Assembly (NCBI GenBank): GCA_963749655.1
Contig: CAVVOB010000032.1
Span: 1-64,000 of the forward strand
Length of the DNA: 64,000 nucleotides
DNA from: Nitrospirota bacterium
GTDB lineage: Bacteria > Nitrospirota > UBA9217
Reading direction: 5' to 3'
The position numbers and the translations under genes were made by a program. The notes below the pieces were generated by a model. That model had not been told where the DNA came from. It saw nothing but the letters and a program-made list of their open reading frames with translations, and searched no databases. Every line of letters starts with the position of its first letter. Position 1 is the first letter of the stretch. Below are positions 51,592 through 62,503 of this stretch, in pieces.

Positions 51592-53685
51592 TTACGACTT
51601 CGCTTTTTCCCGCATGGCTTCTTTTCGCGAGAGGCGAATCTTGCCCTGCCGGTCGATTTCGAGCACTTTGACGAGCACCTCATCGCCTTCCTTCAGCTCG
51701 TCCGTGACTTTTTCAAGCCGCTTGTCCGATATCTGGGAGATATGGAGCAAACCGTCGGTACCGGGGAAAATTTCCACAAAGGCGCCGAAGTCCATGATCT
51801 TGCGGACCTTGCCCATGTAGAGTTTACCTACCTCGGCCTCCTGTACGATTCCCCGGATGATCTCTTTTGCCTTGTTTGCAGCAGCTTCATCGGACGACGC
51901 TATATTGATCGTTCCGTCGTCTTCGATGTCGATCTTGGCACCGGTCTGCTCTACAATGCTGCGGATCACCTTCCCGCCGCTGCCGATAACGTCCTTGATC
52001 TTGTCCGGATTGATCTGCATGCTGATGATGCGAGGCGCAAAAGGATTGAGCGTCTTTCTCGGCGCTTCGATCGTTTCAAGCATCTTGCCGAGAATGTGCA
52101 TGCGCCCGTCTTTTGCCTGCTGAAGCGCCGAGCGCATGACCTGGATGGTTATGCCTTCTATCTTCATGTCCATCTGGAGCGCCGTGATGCCCTTGCTCGT
52201 TCCGGTCACCTTGAAATCCATGTCGCCCAGGTGGTCTTCCAGGCCGAGGATGTCGGAAAGAACAATTACCTTCTCCCCTTCCTTGATGAGCCCCATGGCA
52301 ATGCCAGCCACAGGCGCCTTGATCGGTACGCCGGCATCCATGAGCGCCAGCGTCCCGCCGCAGACCGTTGCCATTGACGAGGATCCGTTGGATTCGAGAA
52401 TGTCGGATACCAAGCGGATCGTATACGGGAACTCCTGCTTCGTCGGTACCATTGCCTTGAGCGCGCGCTCTGCAAGGGCGCCATGCCCTACTTCTCTTCT
52501 TCCGGGTCCGCGAAGCGGCTTCGTTTCGCCGACGCTGAAGGGCGGAAAGTTGTAGTGGAGCATGAAGGTTTTGAAGTATTCGCCTTCAAGGGAATCGATC
52601 CGCTGCTCGTCCTCGGACGTGCCGAGGGTAGCAACGACCAGCGCCTGGGTCTCGCCACGGGTGAAGAGCGCGGAACCGTGCGTACGCGGAAGCAGTCCCA
52701 CCGACGAACTGATGGGCCTGATCTGATCGGGCTTTCTGCCGTCCGCGCGGATGTTCTTCTCAAGGATGATCTTCCGGACCTCATTTTTTTCCAGGTCGTG
52801 GAAGATAGCCGATATCTGGCGTCCCCGCGTGGGGTCATCCTCCTGTTTCAGCTTCTGCTTGATCTCGTCGAGCAGCACGTCGAGGGTCTTCTGACGCTCC
52901 ATCTTGTTCGGGATGACGATGGCCGTCAGCATGCGTTCCATGGCAAGAGCGGCCACCTGTTTGGCAAGCTCCTGATCGATCTCAACGATCTTAACGGACC
53001 GCTTCTCTTTTCCTACCTTTGCAACCAATTGGTTCTGGAGCGCCACGATCTTTTTGATCTCGCGGTGAGCCGTCTCGAGGGCTTCCAGCATCTGGTCCTC
53101 GGTCAGTTCGTTCGCTCCGCCTTCGACCATCATAATAGCGTCAGCAGTACCGGCTACCACCAGGTTGAGACGGGTGGTTTCGAGAGCTTTGTGATCGGGG
53201 TTGATGACGAATTTGTCATCAACCAGTCCGACCCGCACCGCACCGATGGGACCTCTGAACGGGATATCGGAAATCGCGAGAGCAGCTGACGATGCGATCA
53301 TTCCCATGAGGTCCATGGAGCTTTCGTCGCCGATCGACAACACGGACGCGATGATCTGCGTGTCGAAATAGTACCCGTCGGGGAACAAGGGTCTGATCGG
53401 CCTGTCTATGAGACGAGAGGTCAGAACCTCTTTTTCGCTCTGCCGTCCCTCGCGCTTGAAAAACCCGCCCGGGATCCGTCCGGCAGCGTAGGCCTTTTCC
53501 TGGTAATCCACGGTCAAGGGAAGAAAATCCACATTCTCCCGCTCGACTTTCGAGGCAACGGCCGTCGACAGGACCACGGTATCGCCGTATCGCGCAACCA
53601 CGGCGCCGCTTGCCTGCTTGGCCATAAGTCCTGTTTCCAGGATCAGCCGCTTGCCGCCTATCTCTGTTTCTGCAGTTGTTACCAT
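51592..53685 (-). CDS. pnp: Polyribonucleotide nucleotidyltransferase
   Basis: [48 protein letters not shown] and S1 domains. Confidence 0.98.
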   Translation of the reverse strand: MVTTAETEIGGKRLILETGLMAKQASGAVVARYGDTVVLSTAVASKVERENVDFLPLTVDYQEKAYAAGRIPGGFFKREGRQSEKEVLTSRLIDRPIRPLFPDGYYFDTQIIASVLSIGDESSMDLMGMIASSAALAISDIPFRGPIGAVRVGLVDDKFVINPDHKALETTRLNLVVAGTADAIMMVEGGANELTEDQMLEALETAHREIKKIVALQNQLVAKVGKEKRSVKIVEIDQELAKQVAALAMERMLTAIVIPNKMERQKTLDVLLDEIKQKLKQEDDPTRGRQISAIFHDLEKNEVRKIILEKNIRADGRKPDQIRPISSSVGLLPRTHGSALFTRGETQALVVATLGTSEDEQRIDSLEGEYFKTFMLHYNFPPFSVGETKPLRGPGRREVGHGALAERALKAMVPTKQEFPYTIRLVSDILESNGSSSMATVCGGTLALMDAGVPIKAPVAGIAMGLIKEGEKVIVLSDILGLEDHLGDMDFKVTGTSKGITALQMDMKIEGITIQVMRSALQQAKDGRMHILGKMLETIEAPRKTLNPFAPRIISMQINPDKIKDVIGSGGKVIRSIVEQTGAKIDIEDDGTINIASSDEAAANKAKEIIRGIVQEAEVGKLYMGKVRKIMDFGAFVEIFPGTDGLLHISQISDKRLEKVTDELKEGDEVLVKVLEIDRQGKIRLSRKEAMREKAKS

Positions 53686-53721
53686 GAAACCTCACTTTAC
53701 TTTTTCACTTTGTTCGTGTTG

Positions 53722-53985
53722 TTATTTGCGTATACCGAGCTGGTCAATGACCTGACGGTAACGGTCCAGATCGTTCTTCTTCAAATAGTCCAGATGGCGA
53801 CGCCGCTGACCGACCATCTTCAGGAGACCCCTGCGTGAATGATGGTCATGCTTGTGCGCCTGCAGGTGTTCCGTCAAGTGACTGATACGACCGCTCAAGA
53901 GCGCTATCTGTACTTCCGGAGAACCCGTGTCCGTTGCGTGTCTGCGATAGGTACTGATCACGCTGGTTTTCTGTTCTTTATCCAT
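53722..53985 (-). CDS. rpsO: 30S ribosomal protein S15
   Basis: [32 protein letters not shown]. Confidence 0.98.
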   Translation of the reverse strand: MDKEQKTSVISTYRRHATDTGSPEVQIALLSGRISHLTEHLQAHKHDHHSRRGLLKMVGQRRRHLDYLKKNDLDRYRQVIDQLGIRK

Positions 53986-54024
53986 AACCGCACCCTCCTT
54001 TCTTTAGCTATTCTGAAGCGAGAT

Positions 54025-54053
54025 AAAATATCATATTTACAGCATGTTGTAAA
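54025..54053 (-). promoter_or_regulatory. Putative sigma70 promoter of rpsO-pnp
   Basis: Minus strand TTTACA-N17-TATTTT with a TG extension. Confidence 0.5.
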
Positions 54054-54071
54054 GCATTTTATTCATGTTTT

Positions 54072-54953
54072 TCAGGAAAAAACAAGCGCAGGCTGAATCA
54101 CGCCCCCTTCGATCCGGGCCAGGGCAAGCAATCGGCCCCGTGTATCGCGAAGTCTCGCAAGTCCGGAAAGGCTCGTTTCCTGTGATTCCCGACATGACAC
54201 TTTGTTTCCGTGGACCACTTTGACTGCCTGTTCATCTGCAAGTTCAATAATCGGAAATTCCCCCAGAGCATCATCGATCGGGAGGACGACCTGGTGTGCT
54301 TTATCCGCAGCTGCCATCCTGCCCAACTCCTCAAGGGACAATGCGTCTCCGATCCTGAACCGGCCGGAACTCGTGCGTTCGAGACTCGTGACATGGGCGC
54401 CCATGCCGAGAGCGTCACCGATCCCGGCGCACAGGGAACGGATGTACACGCCCTTCAAGCAGCAGACCCTGAGAGCCACGAACGGATCTTCATATGACAT
54501 GAGTTCGATAGAATGGATGGTGACGGATCGCGCTTGATTGAACTCCGGTCTTCCTTCACGAGCGAGTTTGTATGACGGCACTCCCCTGACCTTCACCGCA
54601 GAAAATGCAGGAGGGCTTTGCATGATCTGTCCTGTGAACTGCTGTATCGCAGAAAGGAGATTGTCGCGACCGGGAGCCGTATAGGGCTTGGTCTCCACGA
54701 TGCGGCCATCGGAATCCAAGGTGTCCGTCGTTATCCCGAGACGCATGACGGCACGGTATTCCTTCTCCCCTGCCTCGAGGTACTGCGCGATCCGTGTCGC
54801 CCTGCCTACGCACAGCACCAGAACACCCGTCGCAAGGGGGTCAAGGGTCCCAGTATGCCCTATCCTCTTTTCCCGGAGAATTCTGCGGACCTGCAGAACG
54901 ACGTCGTGGGAGGTCATTCCCGATGGTTTATTGATGTTAACGACTCCGTGCAT
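54072..54953 (-). CDS. truB: tRNA pseudouridine(55) synthase
   Basis: KPSGMTSHDVV, GHTGTLDPLATGVL, PPAFSAVK, YIRSL. Confidence 0.96.
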   Translation of the reverse strand: MHGVVNINKPSGMTSHDVVLQVRRILREKRIGHTGTLDPLATGVLVLCVGRATRIAQYLEAGEKEYRAVMRLGITTDTLDSDGRIVETKPYTAPGRDNLLSAIQQFTGQIMQSPPAFSAVKVRGVPSYKLAREGRPEFNQARSVTIHSIELMSYEDPFVALRVCCLKGVYIRSLCAGIGDALGMGAHVTSLERTSSGRFRIGDALSLEELGRMAAADKAHQVVLPIDDALGEFPIIELADEQAVKVVHGNKVSCRESQETSLSGLARLRDTRGRLLALARIEGGVIQPALVFS

Positions 54954-54967
54954 CGAAAACCGGCTCC

Positions 54968-55952
54968 TTAAGTGTCGAGTTGCGCAGACACGGACTTGGC
55001 GATATCGCTGATCACGCGTTCATGGATGTCTGCGAACGTTCCCTGCATTACTCCGCCTGCGGCATTCTTATGACCGCCGCCTCCGAAGGACTTGGCCAAA
55101 TCGGAAAGATCGACGCGTCCCTTGGAGCGAAGGCTTATCTTGTACTGCCGTTCACCCGTCTGCCGGAACAGAACAGCGACCTCTACCCCTTTGACGGAAC
55201 GGACAAAATTGACGAAATTGTCTGTATCCTCTGCCGAGGTTCCGGTCTGGCGGTACTGATCGTCCGTCACGACGACCCAGGCAATCCGTCCGTCGCTGGT
55301 TTTTTCGATACCAGAGAGCACAAGCCCAGAGCAGCTGCAGTCTTCTGAAGGCAAAGGATTCGTATACGTTTTCCGTGACGAGCCAGGGATCGGCACCGGC
55401 CTCGATCATTTCCGCGGCAATTCGCATGCTCTTCGGAGAAGTGTTTGAATACCGGAAGGACCCCGTATCCGTAAAAATCGCGGTGTACAGACAGAGGGCG
55501 ATGTCCCGGTCGATGGGTGCGCCCAGCTCCGCGATCAGGGCATATACCATTTCGCCTGTCGCTGCAGCATCGGAATCAAGCCAGGTATGAGGCCAATCAC
55601 GGGGATTCGTGACATGATGGTCGACATTGATCAGCATACCGGCCGGGGGCGCGCTATCGAACAGACCCGTACGGGACGGCTCTGCATCCAGTACGACACA
55701 GGCGTCATAGGTTCCGGTGAGAGGGCGTCCGGTCTTGATCCGATCGGCTCCGGGCAAAAAACGGTAAATCTCCGGGACAGGATCAAGATTATGGGCGGTG
55801 ACGATCTTTCCGGCTTTTTCGAGTGCACGCTTGAGAGCCAGCTGGGACCCCAGGGCATCGCCGTCGGGGCTGACATGGACGGAAAGGAGGATGGTCGTGC
55901 ACCGCTCTAGCGCTGTTGCGATGCTCCGCGGATCACTCGTGCGAGGGGTCAT
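54968..55952 (-). CDS. nrnA: DHH/DHHA1 oligoribonuclease/pAp phosphatase NrnA; extra base at ~55328
   Basis: [26 protein letters not shown]; second frame GLVLSGIE...KISLRSKG...[10 protein letters not shown]. Confidence 0.88.
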
Positions 55953-56307
55953 GTGCTTTGCGTTCCTCTTCAATGGTGCGCAGAAGTTCCATGATGTGGG
56001 CGCCCTCTTCCACGGAGGCGTCAAAACGGAAGATCAGCTCGGGTATCGATCTCATGCGCATACGTCTTCCCAGTTCCGTCCTGATGAACGGTGTTGCGCT
56101 CTCCAGACCCTTGAGCGTCTGTGCCTTGTCGCCGCCGTAGATACTCACGAACACTTTCGCGTTCTTAAGGTCGTCCGCCACATCGACTCCGGTCACGGTC
56201 ACGAACCCGATACGGGGATCCTTGATTTTCCTCATAAGGATGTCGGCGATCTCCCGCTTCATCTGGTCACTGACCCGTTCGGTTCTTTTAAATGCAGGTT
56301 TGGACAT
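55933..56307 (-). CDS. rbfA: Ribosome-binding factor A
   Basis: [42 protein letters not shown]. Confidence 0.96.
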   Translation of the reverse strand: MSKPAFKRTERVSDQMKREIADILMRKIKDPRIGFVTVTGVDVADDLKNAKVFVSIYGGDKAQTLKGLESATPFIRTELGRRMRMRSIPELIFRFDASVEEGAHIMELLRTIEEERKAHDPSHE

Positions 56308-56376
56308 GCTTCTTCCTCTGCCGGATTCTTCTTTTCATCGCGGCTCCGTCCGTCTCGCTCGAGCGGACGGTAAATA

Positions 56377-56659
56377 TTAAAATATGTCTATGTGATAATC
56401 CAGCAGACTGATTTCCGGTACACCGCGAACCATGTTCAGGACATGATCCAGTGTTTTGTTCAGGTGGGCCTTGTCGTTGCTCACGGCTGCGACTGCAAGG
56501 GATGCCTTCTGCCAGAGATCGAGTATCCTCAACTTCTGCTACGGAAACGTTGAACTTGTGCCGGATACGGTCTTTCAAACCGCGGATCGAGTGCCTTTTG
56601 GTCTTTAGTGAACCGCTTTCCGGCACGTGAATTTCAATGGTACAGACGCCGATGAACAT
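56377..56659 (-). CDS. DUF503 (YlxP) family protein; extra base at ~56525
   Basis: MFIGVCTIEI..SLKTKR..KFNVSVAEVED continues as DLWQKASLAVAAVS...IDIF* in another frame. Confidence 0.85.
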
Positions 56660-56714
56660 ATTTACCAACGCAAGTGCGGACTGCTCGCAACCGCCTTCAC
56701 CGGCGGGCACTATA

Positions 56715-59304
56715 CTACAGCTTCGCAGCCACCTTATCGATCACGAACGCTTCGATAATGTCGCCGACCTTGATGTCGTTGAAATTCTCCACGCCGATGC
56801 CGCACTCATAGCCGGTTTGGACTTCCCGCACGTCGTCTTTAAACCGCTTGAGCGAATGGAGCTTTCCTTCATAGATCAGCACATTGTCCCGAAGTACCCG
56901 TACGCCGTCGTTCTGTCTCGTCATGATACCGTCGATGACATAGGAGCCGGCAATCGTGCCGATCTTGGAAACATGGAATGTCTGGCGGACCTCCGCGCGG
57001 CCCAGGATGCGCTCCTTGAGCGTCGGCTCCAGCAGACCTTCCATGGCGGCTTTGATATCGTCGATGGCATTATAGATGATGTTGTACAACCGGATGTCCA
57101 CGCCTTCGCGCTGCGCGAGCTCCGTTGCCTTGGGTTCGGCACGGACGCTGAAGCCGATGATAATCGCGTTGGATGCCGCAGCCAGCATGACGTCGGTCTC
57201 GGTGATAGCACCCACGGAGCTATGGATCACCTTGAGCTTGACCGCAGTGGTGGACAATTTTTCAAGTGAATCCACGATGGCGCCTGCAGATCCGGACACA
57301 TCCGCCTTGATGACGATGTTAAGCTCCTTCACCATCCCGTCCTGAATCTGCGTATGCAGATCTTCGAGGGTCACCTTCTTCAGAGAGCCCATTTCGGTGC
57401 TTCTTTGCTTCGCCTGCCTGAGTTCCGCAATCTGTCGGGCCTTGCGTTCTTCTTCGATGACCGCAAAGCGATCGCCGGCAAGAGGAACACTGGAAAAGCC
57501 GATGACCTCGGCCGGCATGGCCGGACCGGCATTTTCAATCCGTTCGCCCTTATCATTGATGAGGGCGCGGACCTTTCCGAACTGGGCGCCGGTTACGAAG
57601 AAATCACCCACCTTGAGTGTGCCAGATTGCACCAGGACCGTTGCCACGGGTCCGCGGCCTCGGTCAAGTTTGGCTTCGATGATCGCGCCACGCGCCATCT
57701 TGTCGGGGTTCGCCTTCAGTTCAAGCACGTCAGCCTGGATAAGTATCATTTCAAGTAAATGTTCGAGGCCGATCTTCTTCTTTGCTGATACCTCGCAGAA
57801 GATGGTCTGGCCGCCCCACTCTTCCGGGGTAAGTTCGAACTCAGCGAGTTCCTGCTTGACCCGGTCCGGCTTGGCATCGGGCTTGTCAATTTTATTGATG
57901 GCGACGATAATCGGGACATTCGCCGCCTTTGCATGGCTGATTGCCTCACGCGTCTGCGGCATGACCCCGTCGTCAGCAGCAACGACCAGAATAACGATGT
58001 CCGTCACCTGGGCGCCGCGAGCCCGCATGGCCGTAAATGCTGCGTGGCCCGGAGTGTCGAGAAAGGTAATATCCCTGCCCCTTCAGGCTGACCTGATAGG
58101 CGCCGATATGCTGTGTGATGCCGCCTGCCTCGCGGGACACAACGTTGGTTTCCCGGATGGAATCGAGGAGCGAGGTCTTTCCATGGTCCACGTGACCCAT
58201 GATCGTAACCACCGGCGGTCTCGTAACCATGGTTTCGGCGGCATCGGCCACCTCTTCGAGCACGTCCTCGGCAGATTCTATATTTGCCACCTCGGCCTTG
58301 ACTCCGTACTCTTCGGCCATAAGCAGGGCGGCATCCATGTCCATGGGCTGGTTCTGGGTGGCCATGATCCCCATGACCATAAGCTTCTTGATAACATCCC
58401 CGACCTTCTGGCCCATGACCTCGGCAAATTCCCTGATCGTGCAGCCTTCCTGGATCTTGACGACTTTTTTGCGCGGCTTGGTGATCTCGGCAACGTCGGT
58501 CTGCTGGCCGTGCCGGTCGTCCTTTTTATGCATGCGTTTGCCGGTGGGCAGCGTCTTCAGGTCCGGCAGCTTTTTGAACGAAGGTTTGTCTCGGAATTCC
58601 CGTTCCTGCTTCAGTTCGTAGTCGGTTTTTTTCTTGTCCCATTTTTTCTTCGCCGGTTTGGCCGGGGCCGGTGCGGGAGGAGCAAGAGACGGAGGAACCT
58701 GCGAAGCTTCAAGGACCGGGGACCTGAAAGCGGACGGACGCGTCCCCTGCATCTGCCTGCCACTGAAGGGCCTCTGTCCCGGCTGTTGTGGACGTTGGGT
58801 CTGGGCCGGCCGTACCGCCGCTGCGGGTTGCTGCGGGGCGGCTGGAGCTTGAGCCGCCTGTTGCTGCGGCGTTATCTGTGATTCAGGAGAAGATGTCTGC
58901 TCTTCCGGCTTCGCTGCAGGCGTTTCTTTTACCTGGCCTGCCGGAGGGATAACAGGGGGGGCCGGCATAACGGGTTTCGGCATCGGCGGGATCGGCGCAG
59001 GCTTCGGTTTTGCGCCCGGTTTTTCCAAGGTCGACGAAAATTTGCCGATCAGCGCAGCGGCTTTTTTCAGCCGTTCTTCCCTGGACAACAAGGGGTCAAC
59101 GGCATCTTTTTCCTTCTTGGTTTTTTCCTTTTCTTTTTCCTTGCGGATTGCCTTCAATTTCTCGATCAGGGATTTTGTTTCCTTGTCATCAAGACCGCTG
59201 GACGGGGTCTTCCCTTTGATCCCCATCTTATCAAGCACCGAGACGAGATCCTTGCTTTCGACCCCCATTTTTTTGGCCAGCTCATGCACCCTGATCACGG
59301 TCAT
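56715..59304 (-). CDS. infB: Translation initiation factor IF-2; extra G in a run at 58078-58081
   Basis: [36 protein letters not shown]; the next frame gives [20 protein letters not shown]...GYECGI. Confidence 0.95.
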
Positions 59305-59351
59305 AAAATCTGTTTCCCCCCACACGGTTCTGATTGATTTGTTATCTTACT

Positions 59352-59933
59352 CTAGTTATTGATATTTATCAAGCCTTTTAATCTTTCTGCTTCAATCCAG
59401 ATCGCATTAGCGAGACCCTTGTCGGTTATGGCAACGACACCGACGAACTCCCGGTTGAAAATACGGCCGAACTCTTCGCGGGTCAGCAGGGTTGCCTGAC
59501 GGAGCGATGCAGCAACGTGTACCGCCACCTTTTCCCTGGTCCCGTCCGACAGATCAGCGGCGTACAGGAGAAGCTCGACGCTTCCCTTTTCCAGGGCATC
59601 ACTGACCGCAGAGTATCCTGCAGCAATTTTTCCTGCTTTGAGCGATATGGACAGGAGCGATCCGATCTTTTCTCCGATCAGACTGGCAAGCCTGGCCAGA
59701 AACTCATCCGCATTGGGCGGCCGCACCTTCGCGTGGAGCGCTCTCGACAGTGCCTCTTTGGAAAGAGCCTGTTCTATGCATTCACGCCGGGGACAGATAT
59801 AAGCTGCGCGGCCGGGCAGTTTTTCCCGATAGTCTATCAGGATGCCGTCCGGTCCTGCCACGACCCTGACCACGCTGCCCTTGATCCGGGTCTGACGGCA
59901 GCCGATGCAGGTTCTTTCCGGTTCATGCTTCAT
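59352..59933 (-). CDS. YlxR (DUF448)-L7Ae/YlxQ fusion RNA-binding protein
   Basis: PERTCIGCR, PGRAAYIC; C-half KAGKIAAGY...LLLYAADLS..T..K...GVVAITDKGLA. Confidence 0.88.
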   Translation of the reverse strand: MKHEPERTCIGCRQTRIKGSVVRVVAGPDGILIDYREKLPGRAAYICPRRECIEQALSKEALSRALHAKVRPPNADEFLARLASLIGEKIGSLLSISLKAGKIAAGYSAVSDALEKGSVELLLYAADLSDGTREKVAVHVAASLRQATLLTREEFGRIFNREFVGVVAITDKGLANAIWIEAERLKGLININN

Positions 59934-59957
59934 ATGCTATTGCCGTCCAGAAACGTT

Positions 59958-61310
59958 TTACTTTCCAATCAACGCCCGTGCGGACAGCAGGATCTTCTGC
60001 GCAGTCTTCTCTCCGATGCCGGGAATCGCCAGGATTTCCTCATCGGACATGGAGGCGACCTTCTCGATCGAATCATAGCCTGCTTCCTTGAGCAGTTCCG
60101 CCGTTTTCTCGCCCACACCATCGATACTGGTCAGGCCGGATACCGCAGGTTCGGTTGCCGCCTCGTCCGAGGCAGCCTGCGTGTTCAGGGATTCCGCGGA
60201 TGCAGTTTCCTCGGCCATCTTGCGGGTCTCCTCGACGATGGCGGCCTCGATTTCCTGCTCACGCTCCTTCTGACGCTCCTGGTCGTATTCCGACTCGCTC
60301 AGAATATCGATTTTCCATCCCGTCAGTTTAGCGGCAAGCCGTACATTCTGACCCTTTTTGCCGATCGCGAGCGACAGCTGTGAGTCGGCAACAACGGCAA
60401 GGGCTGACCGGTCTTCATCGGTTACCCCGACTTTTTCGACAACAGCCGGACTGAGTGCCTTGGCGATGAAAATGCGCGGATCCTCGGACCAGGGGATAAT
60501 ATCGATTTTTTCGCCCCGCAGTTCGCGTACAACAGCCTGGACTCGCGAGCCCTTCATCCCGACGCAGGCCCCGACAGGATCAACCTGCGAATCCTTGGAT
60601 GCAACGGCGATCTTGGTGCGGTCTCCCGCCTCTCGTACAACGCCTTTTACTTCCACGATGTTCTCGTAGATTTCCGGGACTTCCATTTCGAACAGGCGGG
60701 AAACGAAGTCCGGATGGGCACGCGACAGCACAACTTGCGGTCCTTTCGACGTGTCCCGCACCTCCATGACATAAGCCCTGACGCGGTCGCCGCGGCGATA
60801 GCTTTCGCGCGGCACCTGTTCCCGCGCCGGGAGCACTGCTTCAGTCTTTCCCAGATCGATATAGTATGCGCCTTTTTCATGACGGAGCACGATGCCGTTC
60901 ACGAGCTGGCCTATCTTATCGTTGAACTCCTTGAGGATGACGTCACGCTCGGCCTCGCGCACTTTCTGCACGATGACCTGGCGCGCGGTTTGCGCTGCAA
61001 TCCTGCCGAAGCCCTGGAACTCCACCTGCAGCGGCACTTCGCCTTCCATCTGCGCTTCGGGAAAGAGCGCTATGGCCTCATCAAGCGTTATTTCCTCGTC
61101 GGGGTTCGCTACTGTTTCCACGACCTTTTTGTAGGCGTACATGACGATATCGCCGCGCTTGGGATCGATCTGCACCGCAATGCGCTGGGTGCCGTACTTT
61201 TTCTTGGCAGCACTGACCAGCGCCGATTCTACCGCCTCGATCACCATCTCTTTTGAAATGCCTTTTTCCTTGCTGATCTGATCGATCACATGAATCAATT
61301 CCTGACTCAT
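59958..61310 (-). CDS. nusA: Transcription termination factor NusA
   Basis: FGRIAAQTARQV, VPEIY, REAGDRTKIAV, DPVGACVG, AIGKKGQNVRLA, C-terminal HhH. Confidence 0.97.
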   Translation of the reverse strand: MSQELIHVIDQISKEKGISKEMVIEAVESALVSAAKKKYGTQRIAVQIDPKRGDIVMYAYKKVVETVANPDEEITLDEAIALFPEAQMEGEVPLQVEFQGFGRIAAQTARQVIVQKVREAERDVILKEFNDKIGQLVNGIVLRHEKGAYYIDLGKTEAVLPAREQVPRESYRRGDRVRAYVMEVRDTSKGPQVVLSRAHPDFVSRLFEMEVPEIYENIVEVKGVVREAGDRTKIAVASKDSQVDPVGACVGMKGSRVQAVVRELRGEKIDIIPWSEDPRIFIAKALSPAVVEKVGVTDEDRSALAVVADSQLSLAIGKKGQNVRLAAKLTGWKIDILSESEYDQERQKEREQEIEAAIVEETRKMAEETASAESLNTQAASDEAATEPAVSGLTSIDGVGEKTAELLKEAGYDSIEKVASMSDEEILAIPGIGEKTAQKILLSARALIGK

Positions 61311-61409
61311 AGGTCTTTCTCCTCCTGAAAATGAATGCAAGAACCTTTAATAAAGTTCAAATTGCAAACAGCAAATATCAAATAAGTACTTGTCATTCGA
61401 AATTTTTCG

Positions 61410-61871
61410 TCAAAATTCAACCTCAAGCGAGGTCTTTGTTATATTGCTGAGCGAAATTTCCAGCGTTTCACCCGACTCAAGCTCCACCTTCACCAGCGCT
61501 CCTGCCAGTCCCCGGAGTTTTCCCCGAAAGACCTTTTGACCATTGATCGGCTGGAAGGTCTTTAACTTGACGAGACTTCCTTCGAACCGGCTGAAATGCT
61601 CGGGTCTCGAAAGTGTCCGGTCCAGCCCCGGCGACGAGACCTCAAGTGTATAAGCATGCTGGATGATATCTTCCACGTCCAAGGCCGTACTAAGGTCTCT
61701 GCTGACGGATTCGCAGTCATTCAGGGTGACCCCTGTATCTTCCCGGTCGATATAAATTCGGAGGAGCCACTTCGGCCCCTGCTTCTGAAACTCCAGATCC
61801 CAGAGTGTAAGACCCAGAGACTCCAGAATCGGGTGAAGGAGCTGTGCTATCCGGTCCTCCATTATTGCCAT
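61410..61871 (-). CDS. rimP: Ribosome maturation factor RimP
   Basis: LRIYID, DCESVSR, YTLEVSSPGLDR. Confidence 0.96.
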   Translation of the reverse strand: MAIMEDRIAQLLHPILESLGLTLWDLEFQKQGPKWLLRIYIDREDTGVTLNDCESVSRDLSTALDVEDIIQHAYTLEVSSPGLDRTLSRPEHFSRFEGSLVKLKTFQPINGQKVFRGKLRGLAGALVKVELESGETLEISLSNITKTSLEVEF

Positions 61872-61880
61872 CGTTCCCCC

Positions 61881-61914
61881 AAATAAAAAGAGTGGGCAAA
61901 GAAATGCCCACTCT
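61881..61914 (-). promoter_or_regulatory. rimP leader terminator/attenuator hairpin
   Basis: Minus strand AGAGTGGGCA-tttctt-TGCCCACTCT-TTTTATTT directly before the rimP RBS. Confidence 0.75.
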
Positions 61915-62011
61915 CAACGGATGATTCTCAGAGTGTTGTTATTTTTTAACACAGGACCGAAGAGAATGCAAGCGAAAAAAGCATCTTGCCTGATTTTCCC
62001 GGAATCAGGCT

Positions 62012-62503
62012 TTAAAGGAAGACCGGCGGACTATCGCCTTTCCGTGCTTCTTCGTACCACTTTGCAATACTGACAGCGCTTGGCTCGCCCTCAGCCGGTG
62101 ACCATTTCGCGACATCAGGTCCGGACGGCTGGACATAAGGCCCTTGCTTCACCTCGAAGAAGACGGTCCCCGGTTCGAGGGAAGCCATAGCGTGCCATGT
62201 CCCTTTCGCTATTTCAGCCGCGACAACCGGTCCCTGCGCTGAAAGTATGGCGCGTTCGATAACCGTTCCGGCGTCGTCGAAATACAGAACAACCGCCGAG
62301 CCCCGCAGCATGATAAAAATTTCCCACGTCGGAGGGCTGGCGTGCCGGTGCGGCCGGATATAGGTCCCCGGTTCTATGGCATTGCACAGCCGCTGGACCG
62401 GATCGTCAGGGCCCGGATGGAGATTATGATTCATGCGTTTTCGGGGGACACCTGCCGCCTTTCGGGTAAGAGAATCAAGCAGCGCCGTGTCGATTTGCTT
62501 CAC
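62012..62503 (-). CDS. WbuC family cupin-fold metalloprotein
   Basis: PRKRMNHNLH, DPVQRLCNA, TYIRPHRH, WH, FEVKQGPY, WSPAEG. Confidence 0.88.
   Translation of the reverse strand: MKQIDTALLDSLTRKAAGVPRKRMNHNLHPGPDDPVQRLCNAIEPGTYIRPHRHASPPTWEIFIMLRGSAVVLYFDDAGTVIERAILSAQGPVVAAEIAKGTWHAMASLEPGTVFFEVKQGPYVQPSGPDVAKWSPAEGEPSAVSIAKWYEEARKGDSPPVFL

Noticed and set aside
58070-58090. Programmed ribosomal frameshift in infB
   Set aside because: There is no known precedent and no slippery heptamer with a stimulator; a 4-nt homopolymer miscall is simpler.
58640-59020. Pro/Gln/Ala-rich low-complexity stretch
   Set aside because: This is the ordinary variable N-terminal linker of IF2.
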